A DNA stretch of 64,000 nt, from contig OX597815.1 of assembly GCA_951406725.2 (NCBI GenBank), positions 175,336,001 through 175,400,000 on the forward strand. Direction: 5' to 3'. Source of the DNA: Octopus vulgaris (lineage: Eukaryota). The notes beneath the pieces are model-generated. The model did not search any database. It was not told the DNA's origin and saw nothing but the letters and a program-made list of their open reading frames with translations. Below are positions 1 through 11,121 of the stretch, piece after piece (positions within the stretch are counted from its first letter, which is position 1; each line of letters opens with the position of its first letter). The position numbers and the translations under genes are program-made.

Positions 1-739
1 CGTGGGTAGAAGGACCACTCTTTATGTCCTTAATGAGGTTACCGAATGTTCCTTAGCCTTTCTTGCCATTTTAAAATGCACTTCTATGGTTCTGTATCAG
101 TTTCCTCTGGCAAGTTATGTTATATCTTGCCGGATTAGCCTCAATGCATTTTCAGTTGTTTCCATCAATTCATTTTCGATCCTTCTCTCTTCCACCAAAT
201 ACACCTTGTACAAAATCATTTTTTCTTCCATGTTTTCAATACTTCCTGGGCTTGTAACAACTTTATGTCACCACCTTCCCTATGTACCATTTTCTTGAAG
301 CTTTTTAAACTTGACAAGTCCACCTCTTTTCTCGAAACTTCCATTGGTTCTGTGAAACTTTTCTTCTTCAAACATTTATTCATCTCTTGCACCATTCACA
401 CGAGCTCCTCCTCGGATGATCATAATTCAGACATGCTAAGGTCTGAATAAAATAAATTCCTTGTCGTTGACATAGCTCTCTCTCCTCACGCGTGGAGAGA
501 AAGCAAAAACAAACGAACTGCTGCAAAGCAGCAGAAGACAATTGACAAATCTTCAAACAATTAGTAAATCCTCAAAAAACACAGAACAAAACTAACATGA
601 CGATGTTAAAGTTCTCGTTGCAGGCTAAAGTGCATTACAATGCTATATATATAATATGAAGTTGTAGAAGAGTCCATAATATGAAGGAAGGCTAAATTAG
701 GATCCTATAGCTTAATTATTTTTGGTGAAAATTTAAAAG

Positions 740-1620
740 TTGAAAGAAATTTGTGTCTACAGGTAATTATAACGTCAGCTATCTTATTATGTAAACTATT
801 TTTGTTGGCTCGAATTATGTGGATCGCCTCCTTCCTGCATAAATCACAATTCTTTGTGTGTGTATTACGATGGTGTGGCTTCCCTTATTATAGACCAATT
901 CAGACTGAATTCTTTATTGTTCATTTTTAATTTATTGACGTAGGTTGCTAGTGTGGTTGAATTTTTTGTTTCGTGGTTAATGAAAGTGTTTATATGTGCC
1001 CTGTATCTACTGTTAAAGTCAATTGTACTACTTATGTAAATCATTTTAGGTTCATTTAAGGTTGAGACTTCAACATTATATATGGTATTTCTCCTTAAAC
1101 AGAAACCTTTAAGGGGACAAAGCTCCCTATTACGACAATTACGTGTTTTTATTTTATTTCTGGGTTTAGTCTTACTATTTTTAATATCCATGTTCTTATT
1201 ATTGTTCTTCGTGTTAGGGTCAGCTGAGTTATCTCTATTGGTTTCGTTATTTCTAAGTTTAAGTCTATTATTTGCTGTGATGATAGATTCAAGATTGGGT
1301 GTGGTAGAATAAGATAATTTAAGACAGGATCTATTAAATATAGAATGGTATTTATAATCTGGTGGGAAGTTCCAATTGATAATGCTAAAAAATAACTTAG
1401 GGAGGTTTCTTACCTGGAGGGAGAAGTGAAGTGGGGGTTTGAACTATACAATTACCCGTTTTCTCCCTGAATTGTTCTTACTCTGACCCGTATGGGTATT
1501 GCTATATTTGAAAAACCTATAGTGTCTTCTAAAGTGTTGGTTTCTATATTCGGTGGGGTTATTCATAGGATGTGTGTCGATATTAGAATCTGCAATATTT
1601 GGAAACTGTTTGCCTAATTT
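740..1620 (-). mobile_element. Penelope-like element, 3' fragment with GIY-YIG endonuclease (degenerate)
   Basis: ORF 865-1191 NCRNRELCPLKGFCLRRNTIY...IYISST..FNSRYRAH..F...STTLATYV...NWSII. Preceded by an RKRVIVxFKPP segment and followed by CDLCRKE, as in PLE ORFs. Confidence 0.8.
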
Positions 1621-1624
1621 GTTT

Positions 1625-1805
1625 ATATATATATACATGCACAATGGGCTTCTTTCAGTTTCTGTCAACCAAATCCACTCACAAGGCTTTGATCAGCCCG
1701 GGACTATAGTAAAAGACACTTGCCCAAGGTGCCTCAGAGTGGGACTGAACCTAGAACCATGTGATTTGTGAAGCAAGCTTCTTGTCACACAGCCACTCCT
1801 GCATC
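1625..1805 (-). mobile_element. tRNA-derived SINE (family 1)
   Basis: GCAGGAGTGGCTGTGTG...GGTTCAGTCCCAC...CCTTGGGCAAGTGTC...GAGTGGATTTGGT. Homologous copies at about 6570-6950, 15800-15910 and 61220-61870. Confidence 0.75.
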
Positions 1806-1866
1806 TATATATATATTGGTAGCCACTACACACATTTATTTTCTCTCCTTGTTTCTTTCTGTGTTC

Positions 1867-1902
1867 CTTTCTGTGGAAGAGCGTAGGCTCGAAACGTAAA
1901 AG
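1867..1902 (+). ncRNA. Minimal hammerhead ribozyme-like motif (degenerate core)
   Basis: CTTT-CTGTGGA-A-GAGC gtag GCTC-GAAA-CG-TA-AAAG: stems I and II pair, but the core has A6>U. It lies in a short repeat (1820-1992) whose partial inverted copy is at about 43440-43555. Confidence 0.5.
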
Positions 1903-1991
1903 ACTTTTTCAATTCCTGAGCGTTATACTAATACATCTGTTTGTTTTCTAAACCGCCTGTCTTTGTCTTTTGTTTTTTTGTGAATTCTCCC

Positions 1992-2043
<52 letters not shown>

Positions 2044-2052
2044 CGTGCCTGC

Positions 2053-2084
<32 letters not shown>

Positions 2085-2126
2085 AAATTAAGTCTGCTAA
2101 TTACTTCTGTTAAAGCTCTTAACTCA

Positions 2127-2172
2127 TCTCTGATGATGGGATATCATTTATTTCTCTGAAACAGCTGTAAGA
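2127..2172 (+). ncRNA. Minimal hammerhead ribozyme motif
   Basis: TCT-CTGATGA-(weak stem II)-GAAA-CAGCTG-TA-AGA: intact core, palindromic stem III (ACAGCTGT), GUA cleavage triplet. Confidence 0.6.
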
Positions 2173-2384
2173 CCAACTTTCTATTTATAAATGTCCTAGG
2201 AATATCAGATTGCCTTGGCCCTGTTATCTTATTTTTTTCAACATATACATACTCACATACGATCTGCCTTCGACTCCTCACTCATGCTATTATTGGACCG
2301 GGAGTTTAACAGCGGTCCTTCTGTAGCACTTGAATAGCCTTAACCGCCTTTTGGGTTTTCAGGATACCAAAACATTTCATATTG

Positions 2385-2431
<47 letters not shown>

Positions 2432-2433
<2 letters not shown>

Positions 2434-2740
2434 AAGTGCAATGGCCCAGTGGTTGGGGCAGCGAACTCGCAGTTGTAGGATCGTGGTTTCGTCTCCCAGA
2501 CTGGGCGTTGTGAGTGTTTATTGAGCGAAAACACCTAAAGCTCCATGCGGCTCTGGCAGGGGGTGGTGGCCATCCCTGCTGTACTCTTTCGCCACAGCTT
2601 TCTCTCACTCTTTCTTCAGTTGGCCTGCTCGCTTAGCCAGTGAGGTGGCGTCATTTGCAGGCATAAAACAATGCGAAGCGCATTGTGACCAGCGACGTAT
2701 AGCAACTTCTGATAGTCTGGTTGGTCACGGTGATGGTGAT
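2432..2740 (+). mobile_element. tRNA-derived SINE (family 3)
   Basis: A-box-like TGGCCCAGTGG and B-box-like GGTTTCGTCTCC at the 5' end, about 300 bp body, flanked by (TG)n and (TA)n. Confidence 0.65.
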
Positions 2741-2940
2741 ATTTATATATATATATATATATGTGAGTGTATGTGTGTGTCTGTGTGTGTTTGTGTGTAT
2801 GTGCACTCACAGTTAATATATATACACAAACACATGTAAAATATCCATTTGTAAAAAAAAGACAAACGAAAAGAATTTGAGGTTTACAAATTGTGAAGTT
2901 TGTAAATGCACAAAGATACACATATATAAGTTCAGCTTAC

Positions 2941-3041
2941 CTTGCAATTCGGTGTACATCATAACCGGCATCAATAGTTTGTTTACCTGCGGCTGCAGCA
3001 ATAGTTAATAGGTATCTGCGTGTTAATCTTCGCCTGAGCAG
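2941..3041 (-). CDS. GH18 chitinase gene A, exon 4
   Basis: Acceptor TAG, donor GTAAGC. Encodes LLRRRLTRRYLLTIAAAAGKQTIDAGYDVHRIA (GH18 LLTAAVxAGxxxIDxGYD segment). I found no later exon in 1-2940, so the gene probably continues past the left edge. Confidence 0.9.
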
Positions 3042-3168
3042 CTATTGCAAAATATATGCAAGATGCACATGCTTATAAATTCCTGTGACCAAAGATTTTG
3101 ATACTAATAACCAGAGAAGTGAGTACACACGCACGCACACACACACACACACACATGCACACACGTGC

Positions 3169-3201
<33 letters not shown>

Positions 3202-3214
3202 TGCACACACGTGC

Positions 3215-3258
<44 letters not shown>

Positions 3259-3927
3259 AGTTCTCTTTTAACGTCTTCTCAAATGTTCTACAATTTAATC
3301 TCTAGTACCCTATAAAAAACTGTTTTTGCAGTTTTGCTGATCGCAGACTGTTGACTGCCTCACGTGCTTCCGCTCTTGCCATGGTGATGGTTCTGGTCAT
3401 TTGGGAAGACAACTCCTGGTTCTCAGAAAGACTCATTCTGAAAATTCACACAATGCCTCAAAAGTAACTTCAATAGATGCATCGCATTTTTGTCTCTCTT
3501 TCTCATTCGGCAGTTATTAATATTGTTCGTTGTAATTAGCTAACATCAAATCTGGCAATAATCACATCAAGTTAAATGTTTATTCTACACGCATCGTTTT
3601 TCCAACAAAGAACCATACATTCCCCGCGACCCAAACAAGCATCTACATTTATATAGACCCATAAAGATTCCCATTTCAGTATATACAATTCATGCTAACA
3701 TTCGTACGCTCTACTGTTAGGTAAAAATTGTGGAATATACTTTTGCTCGACTTAAGTATGGCACCAATGATCTTGCCCTGTGCCTTCAGCAGAAAGGACC
3801 AATGATCTGAACAGAAATTTCAAAGGGAAACCTTAATTACCTTCTCCTATACTACGATACTTTCCATGCTAAAAAGTTTCATAAATGCTGCAACAACAAT
3901 TAGAAATTAGGTAAAACAGTTGCGTAC

Positions 3928-4186
3928 CTGTAAAAGTAAAACAAAATTATATCTGTCTCTTGGTGAACCACCTCTGTATGCTGCTGCGGGATATTCCCAG
4001 TCAATGTCTAAACCATCCAAGCTGTAGCGATTTAAAAACTTTGAAGCGCTGTTTAGAAACTCTTCTCGTGACCTTGCAGTGGAAGCCATTGAGCTAAATT
4101 TTCTGGCATTGGTACCCCAGCCTCCCACAGAGAGCAGTATTTTTAGTTGTGGGTTTCGTTTCTTTAGACGAACTATTTCATTAAGC
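3928..4186 (-). CDS. GH18 chitinase gene A, exon 3 (catalytic motif)
   Basis: Acceptor AAG, donor GTACGC. Encodes LKKRNPQLKILLSVGGW...LDGLDIDWEYP with intact DxxDxDxE. Phases (2 in, 0 out) fit the neighbouring exons. Confidence 0.95.
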
Positions 4187-5825
4187 CTTCAAATATAAAA
4201 GTATTTAAAATTGGAAAGTATAGTGTTGGTATATTTCAAATATCAGTTAAAGTTAACAATTCATAATATTTTAATTACGCTTGAAATCTATTAGGACATG
4301 AATAACTATATTAGATAAACCTGAAGTCTGCAGGCAATTATAATCAATAACTACATATTAGATACATTTGTAATTCACCTGGAAATAAAATCAATAACAA
4401 TAAATATACATTGGTTTCAAATGTTGGCATAAGACCAGTAATTCTTGGGAAGGGGCTAAGTCAATTATATTGATCTCCAGTACACAACTGGTACTTATAT
4501 CATCAACGCCGAAAGGGTGAAAGGCAAAGTGGATCTTGGTAGAAATTGAACTCAAAAGAAATAGATAGAATAATGCCAGTGGATTAGTGAAGTTGGCCGA
4601 CTAAAAACAAATCTATCAATAACTGGGTTTTGGCATAGGCAAAAACAACAAAGCACATACATACAAACACACACACTCACACACATATCCATGAACATAT
4701 TTATGCAAACACAAACACACACACATACACACAAATACACTCATTATATAATAGCACATAACTAAAGGAAGTGACCTCAAGTAGTCTGATAAGAAAGACT
4801 TGCAAGGGACCCACAACAGACTAAACTGGAGTGTTGGAGTGTCTGTATCAATGTTAAAAATCAAGTGAAGCCTGTACCTGAGTGTCTTTAAAGTGAAGCA
4901 AGGCCTTTCCTAAGGCAAATCCTGATCTCTAATCAACGGATGCCTTTGCCCTCAAAGAAGAATTAGTCTACATAATTTCATGCAAACGAAGTTGCAGGGG
5001 TTACATCAGAGCTTCCTTTCTCCAACAGTAATATCTAAACAAAGGCCACGGGTCTCTAACTCCCAGCTGCTGGATGGCTGTTGACCCTACTGCTTTCATC
5101 CACCCTTTAACAGATTACGTTTTTTGTCCTGCAGCGTGTCCAATGAAAATCATCCTCCACCCCTAACAAGCATTGTTAGGGTGGCCAGTTTAGTCGCTGT
5201 TGGCCCGACCAGGCAACAAGTTCTACCGGATTACATGTTACCAGTAGTATCATACAGGAGGAATTACAACCGTGTTTCATGGTCTACCACAACAGCTCCT
5301 TTATAGGATCCAGTTAGCTCAAGACATCGTCAGGAGGAACCATGTCCGGTTTCGGCCCCTACTCCTCTACCGTTTTGATACACACATACATACACATATA
5401 CATACATACATACATAAAAGGTCGGACATTGTTGTTTGGGATAAACAAGGAAAAGTGTGTGCTGTCACAAAGGCCAGCTTTCCTGTTGATGTGAATATCT
5501 CTTCAACAACCAGAGAGAAAAAAGATATCTGTGGAGAATTGCTTCGAAACCTCCAGTTTCTATCTCCAGATTATGGATAATGCCTTAGTGACAATCTGGA
5601 TAAGCTTTGATTTGCAGTAAAAGAAACCAACCAACCGACCTGTACACTAAAAATACAACCTGTAAGCAGAACAGCAAAACTATGCAATGCTCAAGTTTAA
5701 AAAGCTCGAGTTGCTTTTGTTATCTCCATTCCAATGATGGAGTTTGTATCTTTCTTAGAAATCAGATCCTTCGTCTGAGGAAGAATTAAGAAAATTATAA
5801 GCAGAAGAGAACATATGCACACACA

Positions 5826-5863
<38 letters not shown>

Positions 5864-6042
5864 ATAGAAATGGATGATAAGGAAGGAAGGAGATGTTGGT
5901 GTAGTCAGCTGTACTGGAAAATGAGAAAGGGTTGACAGAAGGTGAATTACCCACGAAAGCCTGATAATGTATGTTCAATATAACATGGACAATGTAACAA
6001 ACACAGGGCAAGTAACAAGAATTTGGCGAAAGTTTTACTTAC

Positions 6043-6214
6043 ATTGCAACATCATTCCACTCTGTCGTTTTCACTTGGTTGCCATTCAATGTGGCAAAAG
6101 CGAATAGAATATGGGTGCATAAGCTTGGATCGATATTATTTGGAATAAATTTTCCTGAACCTTTTCGATACTGTGACCAGTTGGTGTAATAGCAGAACAA
6201 CAACTGCGAAAGAA
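6043..6214 (-). CDS. GH18 chitinase gene A, exon 2
   Basis: Acceptor TTCTTCCTACTCAG, donor GTAAGT. Encodes LFCYYTNWSQYRKGSGKFIPNNIDPSLCTHILFAFATL, the typical N-terminus of animal GH18 chitinases. Confidence 0.93.
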
Positions 6215-6569
6215 CTGAGTAGGAAGAAAACAAAAGAAACTCTTTTACGGACCACTATTCTTAAACAGGAAGACTTCAAGGAGTTGAGTCAATAGTCATA
6301 TTTTGTCGCCTACATTGCAATGTGCCAAAACATTTACAAACCAACACCTGACTATAATTAAATACAAATGTGTGTAGTACAACAAGATACAACTGACTTG
6401 CATTTCTTTGGTTTGCAACGTCGAGATGAATTCTTCCTGAAATTAGTGCTTGAAAAGTTTTCAACTTGCTTTTTAAAATAAAGTATCTGGAGTAAGTTTT
6501 GCGATTAGGAGAAACAATTCTATCTACAGCAAGGGAATTCAGGGGACACAATGTGGATTCTATCTTTCA

Positions 6570-6950
6570 TCTTTGACTGGTTTCAGTCATTTGACTGTGG
6601 CCATGCTGGGGTACAACCATGAAGAATTTTTAGTCGAATTAATTGACCTCAGGACTTTTTAAAGCCTAATACTTATTCTACCGGTTTCTTTTGTCAAACC
6701 GCTAAGTTATAGGAATGTAAACAAACCATTATCGGTTGTCAAGCGATGTAGTGGGAGACACACATACAAAAATATATATAGATATATACATACGACGGGC
6801 TTTTTTTAAGTTTCCGTCTATGAAATCCACTCACAAGGCTTTGGTTGACACGAGACTTTAGTAGAAGACACTTGCTCAAGGTGCCACGCAATGAACTGAA
6901 CCTGTAACCATGGGGTTGGGAAGCAAACTTCTTAGCACACAACCACCGCT
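6570..6950 (-). mobile_element. SINE family 1, long copy
   Basis: Homologous to 1625-1805 and 61220-61870. Confidence 0.7.
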
Positions 6951-7590
6951 TCTGGCTTTATAAAAGTGCCTCATGTATTTTCTATTTCTTCACAGCTAAA
7001 TAGCTGCTTTGCTCAGACGCGACCAATGCTTGTAGCTGGTGGGGATTCCCAATCTATGTTACCCACAAGCATTATACACTTAAAAGCTGGAAAGAAAGAA
7101 AGAAAGAAAGAAAGTAGTGTATAATGTTAGCCAAGATAGTCAATAGTTCGTTAATGCAGGTCATATTTGAGCTTTCTAGAAAGGTAGCAATTAATCTGGA
7201 ACAAAGTATTTCCTGGAACAGGAAGTTCGTCAAAGAGCATTAGAGATTGTAAGGCTAAGTAATTTTGTGTAGGGTTTTAAGCCATGTGTACGAGGAAGAA
7301 CACTGGAGTCTGTTGAGATTTTTGATGAACAAAATTTTATTCTTTTTGTACACAAAAGACAAATGTTGTCTTTACTATGAACGACAATATATATATTTTG
7401 GCAACTATATATATATGTGTGTGTGTGTACGTATATATGTATAAATGCGCATGCATATGTGTGTGTGTATGCATATGCATGCACTGTATGTATGCATATA
7501 TATATATGTATATTTGTGTGTATATATATAATTAATAAGTTTGAAAATGGAGAGATTCAATGATATGAATTAATTTATTAATCATTTAAC

Positions 7591-7696
7591 TTTGCCAACA
7601 ATTGTTTCGCTTCGAACCCAATTTAAATTACAAAACATAATATAATAATATAAGCTTGCATTTTGAGTCTTCTGCATGGAAGCTCTTCAGGGCAAA
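7591..7696 (-). ncRNA. Minimal type-I hammerhead ribozyme motif, intact core
   Basis: TTTGCC-CTGAAGA-GCTTC-(long AT-rich loop)-GAAGC-GAAA-CAATTG-TT-GGCAAA: 6-bp stem I, 5-bp stem II, palindromic stem III, GUU triplet. Confidence 0.75.
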
Positions 7697-7933
7697 ATGG
7701 ACATTACAGAGTTTACATTTTGATGAATTGAAATATTCCAACAGACCGAGCAGATGAAAACATGTTTACTGGCAATACACATGCTTTCATCTGCTTGGTC
7801 TGTTAGAATCGAAATGTAAACTCTGTAATGTCCATTTTGCCCTGAAGAGCTTCCACCCAGGGTACTCAAAGTGCTTGTATTATTATATATGTTTTGTAAT
7901 TTAAATTGGGTGTGAAGTAAAACAATTGTAGAC
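7591..7933. repeat. Inverted duplication of a hammerhead-bearing unit
   Basis: 7677-7720 and 7812-7855 are perfect 44-bp reverse complements. Imperfect homology extends to about 7597 and 7929. Confidence 0.9.
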
Positions 7934-8129
7934 ATGCACGACAATGATCGTAAGGTCATGAGTTCGATTCCAAGCAGTGCTTTGTGACCTTGAACAAGAC
8001 ACTTTATTTCCCATTGCACCAGTCCACTCAGCTGGCAAAAACGAGTATTGTATCTGTATTTCAAAAGGTCAGCCTGATCATATTCTGTGTCACACTGGAT
8101 CTGCCCAAGAACTAAGTTAAGTGCAATGT

Positions 8130-9209
8130 CAAGAAAATACACCAAATTATGAAAATGGAAGAATCCGTACAACAAGTGCTCATGCAACTCCTGAAAGAGG
8201 TTCTTAATGAAGATGGTATCTCCAGTACGAATGATAGTTTTTCAGCAATTAGGGATAATTTTGATCCTGAAGACAATGTTGGTAGATCTTAACCAACTTG
8301 GACGTGCAGATGATCAGCTAAGACGTACACTTGATGAGCTGGGAAATGTCAAAGAAGCTAACGAATAATTACCAAAACGTTGCCACTTCTTGGATGAATG
8401 AATGACTTCTTTACAAGATGAGAAAATTACTTTTGTCTTCTGAAGGTGAGAGATTATCAGAATATTTGAACCAAGCAGAAAACCTCACTGATCCTAGAAC
8501 TCCAGCTGGCCGGTGCTGTCAACAATTGCGATGACAAACTGAACGTCTGCAAGAAGTTCTTAAACTAGAGTCTGCTAGAGATAATTCCATTGCATATCTT
8601 GATACAATAACTGAAGAGTTTTGAGACCTCCAACCAAAGAATATAGAACTCAATCCAGAAGCAGAAGCAAGATCATTAAAAGATGAAGTTGATGAACTTT
8701 GATACTTAGCTTCACAACAAGCAAAAGAGATGAAACATTAATTCAATCGTGTAAAAGAAGATTTGAGGAAATGGGTGAACTAAGAAATAAAGTTAACGAA
8801 CTATATGGAAGTAATAACAAACATATTGAAGAAAAAAGTTACTATGGAAACGAAATTGTGCAAGTTTACCCAGCAGAAGTCTCAACTGGACGTGATGGTG
8901 AGCCAGATGACCAAACTTGAGAATGGTTTTGCATACCAAACCCAGAGAGCTGATAAAAATGAAGTGGATTACAGAATGGCTAAAAAGGAATTAACTAATC
9001 TCCAAAAAGAGAAAAAGAAATTGGAGAATGAACGTGATGCTATGAAAGAGGTTATTGAAGAAGATCAAGAGAGAAGCTGTACTTTACAGACACGGACTAG
9101 CTTGGAACATCAAGAAACATTTGTGGGTTCTCTCTTTTCAGAGACCAAAATACTCACTGAAAACATTACTAGTAAGATTAAAATTATTCCCTCAAAAAAA
9201 AAAAAAAAA
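8130..9209 (+). pseudogene. Hook: Processed pseudogene fragment of a Hook-family dynein/microtubule adaptor
   Basis: Across stops and frameshifts it reads QIMKMEESVQQVLMQ, LNQAENLTDPRTPAGR, EARSLKDEVDEL, KRRFEEMGELRNKV and QRADKNEVDYRMAKKELTNLQKEKKKLENERDAMKEVIEE. These blocks are colinear with the Hook1/Hook3 coiled-coil as I recall it. No introns; ends in A16. Confidence 0.85.
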
Positions 9210-9274
9210 GCCATCTCTGCTCATTCTTTCAAATATATATAATACAGTACCAAGAACTTTCTCTTTATTCTTCT

Positions 9275-9310
<36 letters not shown>

Positions 9311-9703
9311 GGTGCATTTACATCCCCATAACTTTGCGGGGCAGCAAAAGAGACCGATAGAATGAGTTCCAGGCTTAAAAAAAGTAAGTACTGGGGTTAA
9401 TTTATTCAAGTAAGATTCTTCAAGTCGGTGCCCCAGCATATTGGTGATGGTGATGGTGGGGGTTACGCTTGATAATTTACAGACCTGTTTTCAATATTAT
9501 TTGAAAAAGAAACAATGCATGGAATATACATGAATAAAAACGAAATAGCCCCAAAACATTTGTAACGAAATATTTAGATAACTAGTAATAAAAATGTCAA
9601 TATATCATTAAGAATTCATTAAGGAGTAGGAGCAATAATAGTTAATTATCATACATTGGAAAGTAAGGAAAAAGTGATAAATATTTTTAAAATTGATGCT
9701 AAC

Positions 9704-9761
9704 CTGGAAGGACCAATCCAATCAAAACAAGGAATGCAAGACAGTGCTGTGCTAGTTTCAT
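9704..9761 (-). CDS. GH18 chitinase gene A, coding exon 1 (signal peptide)
   Basis: Minus strand reads MKLAQHCLAFLVLIGLVLP-G then a GTTAGC donor. It is 58 nt, phase 1, and joins exon 2 in frame (G+TT=Val, giving VLSQLLFCYYTNW). Hydrophobic signal-peptide character. Confidence 0.8.
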
Positions 9762-9983
9762 TTCCGAAATGAAAATATTGGCCAATTCTTAAGCAATTGT
9801 TGAAGTTTGGTAATTTTCTGTTGTGGCTGTTGAAATACAATTGGTATGATATTACAATCGATAACACACACATGTATATTCATGGAATACATATATGGTA
9901 TTACATTTATATATATATATATGTATGTCTATATGTAGTTGCATGTCTATATATAATGCCTGGTATATATATATATATATATA

Positions 9984-10179
9984 TATTATATTAAATTAGA
10001 GATAAAACCACTATTAGGCAAATCAAACAATGAAAAAACTTCATTATCTTTTATTAAACTTTTAATGCTTTTGATATATATTTAAAATAATATAAATTAA
10101 TTAATTTTATGTATTGGCTTAAGTTTTTCATTGTTTGATTTGCCTAATAGTGGTTTTATCTCTAATTTAATATAATATA
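9984..10179. repeat. Inverted repeat (about 57-bp arms) between (TA)n tracts
   Basis: ttaaattagagataaaaccactattaggcaaatcaaacaatgaaaaa and its reverse complement at 10121-10179. Confidence 0.85.
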
Positions 10180-10371
10180 ATATTTTACTATAAAATTGGA
10201 TTCAATCCTAAATCTGATTTTTCCCTGTAAGTTTGGATTTATTCCCTAATATTTTATTATATATATATATATACACACACATACATTCATACATACATAC
10301 ACACACATATATATATATACATTCATACATACACACACACCCATATATATATACATATATATATACATATA

Positions 10372-10417
<46 letters not shown>

Positions 10418-10540
10418 TATGTGTGTGTGTATGTATGTATGTATGTATGTATGTATGTATGTATGTATGTATATATATATATATATATACCATATATATA
10501 TACATACATATATATATGCTCCATAAATATATATATATGC

Positions 10541-10584
<44 letters not shown>

Positions 10585-10665
10585 TTATTATCTTAAATAT
10601 ATATATATGATTTGGGGATTTGGTTTGCAGGATTCTTTATGTGAGTTCATGTGTTGAAGCATATT

Positions 10666-10804
10666 CTGTTGTGTCTGGAGAGAGTCATTCTCTTTTAGTG
10701 CTTTATAATTTAACACACTCACTGATAAAATAAGTGGAAATTTTACCGGTGAGTGTGTTAAATTATAAGGCACAAAAAGAAAATGACTCTCTCCATACAC
10801 AACA

Positions 10805-10805
<1 letters not shown>
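10666..10805. repeat. Long hairpin (about 65-bp arms, about 8-nt spacer)
   Basis: ctgttgtgtctggagagagtcatt...acacactcactgataaaat pairs with attttaccggtgagtgtgt...aatgactctctccatacacaacag with a few mismatches. Confidence 0.85.
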
Positions 10806-10864
<59 letters not shown>

Positions 10865-10865
10865 C

Positions 10866-10914
<49 letters not shown>

Positions 10915-11075
10915 TTCTATATATATATAATTACATATGCATGTATGTATATATATATGCATACATATATAAACACATAAATGTATATATATATTTCTAT
11001 ATATATATAAATACATATGCATGTATGTATATATATGCATACATATATAAACACATAAATATACATGCATGTGTG

Positions 11076-11121
<46 letters not shown>

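Noticed and set aside
1-475. Coding-like, stop-interrupted minus-strand sequence
   Set aside because: Probably a decayed retroelement ORF, but I recognise no motif. It is not a chitinase exon.
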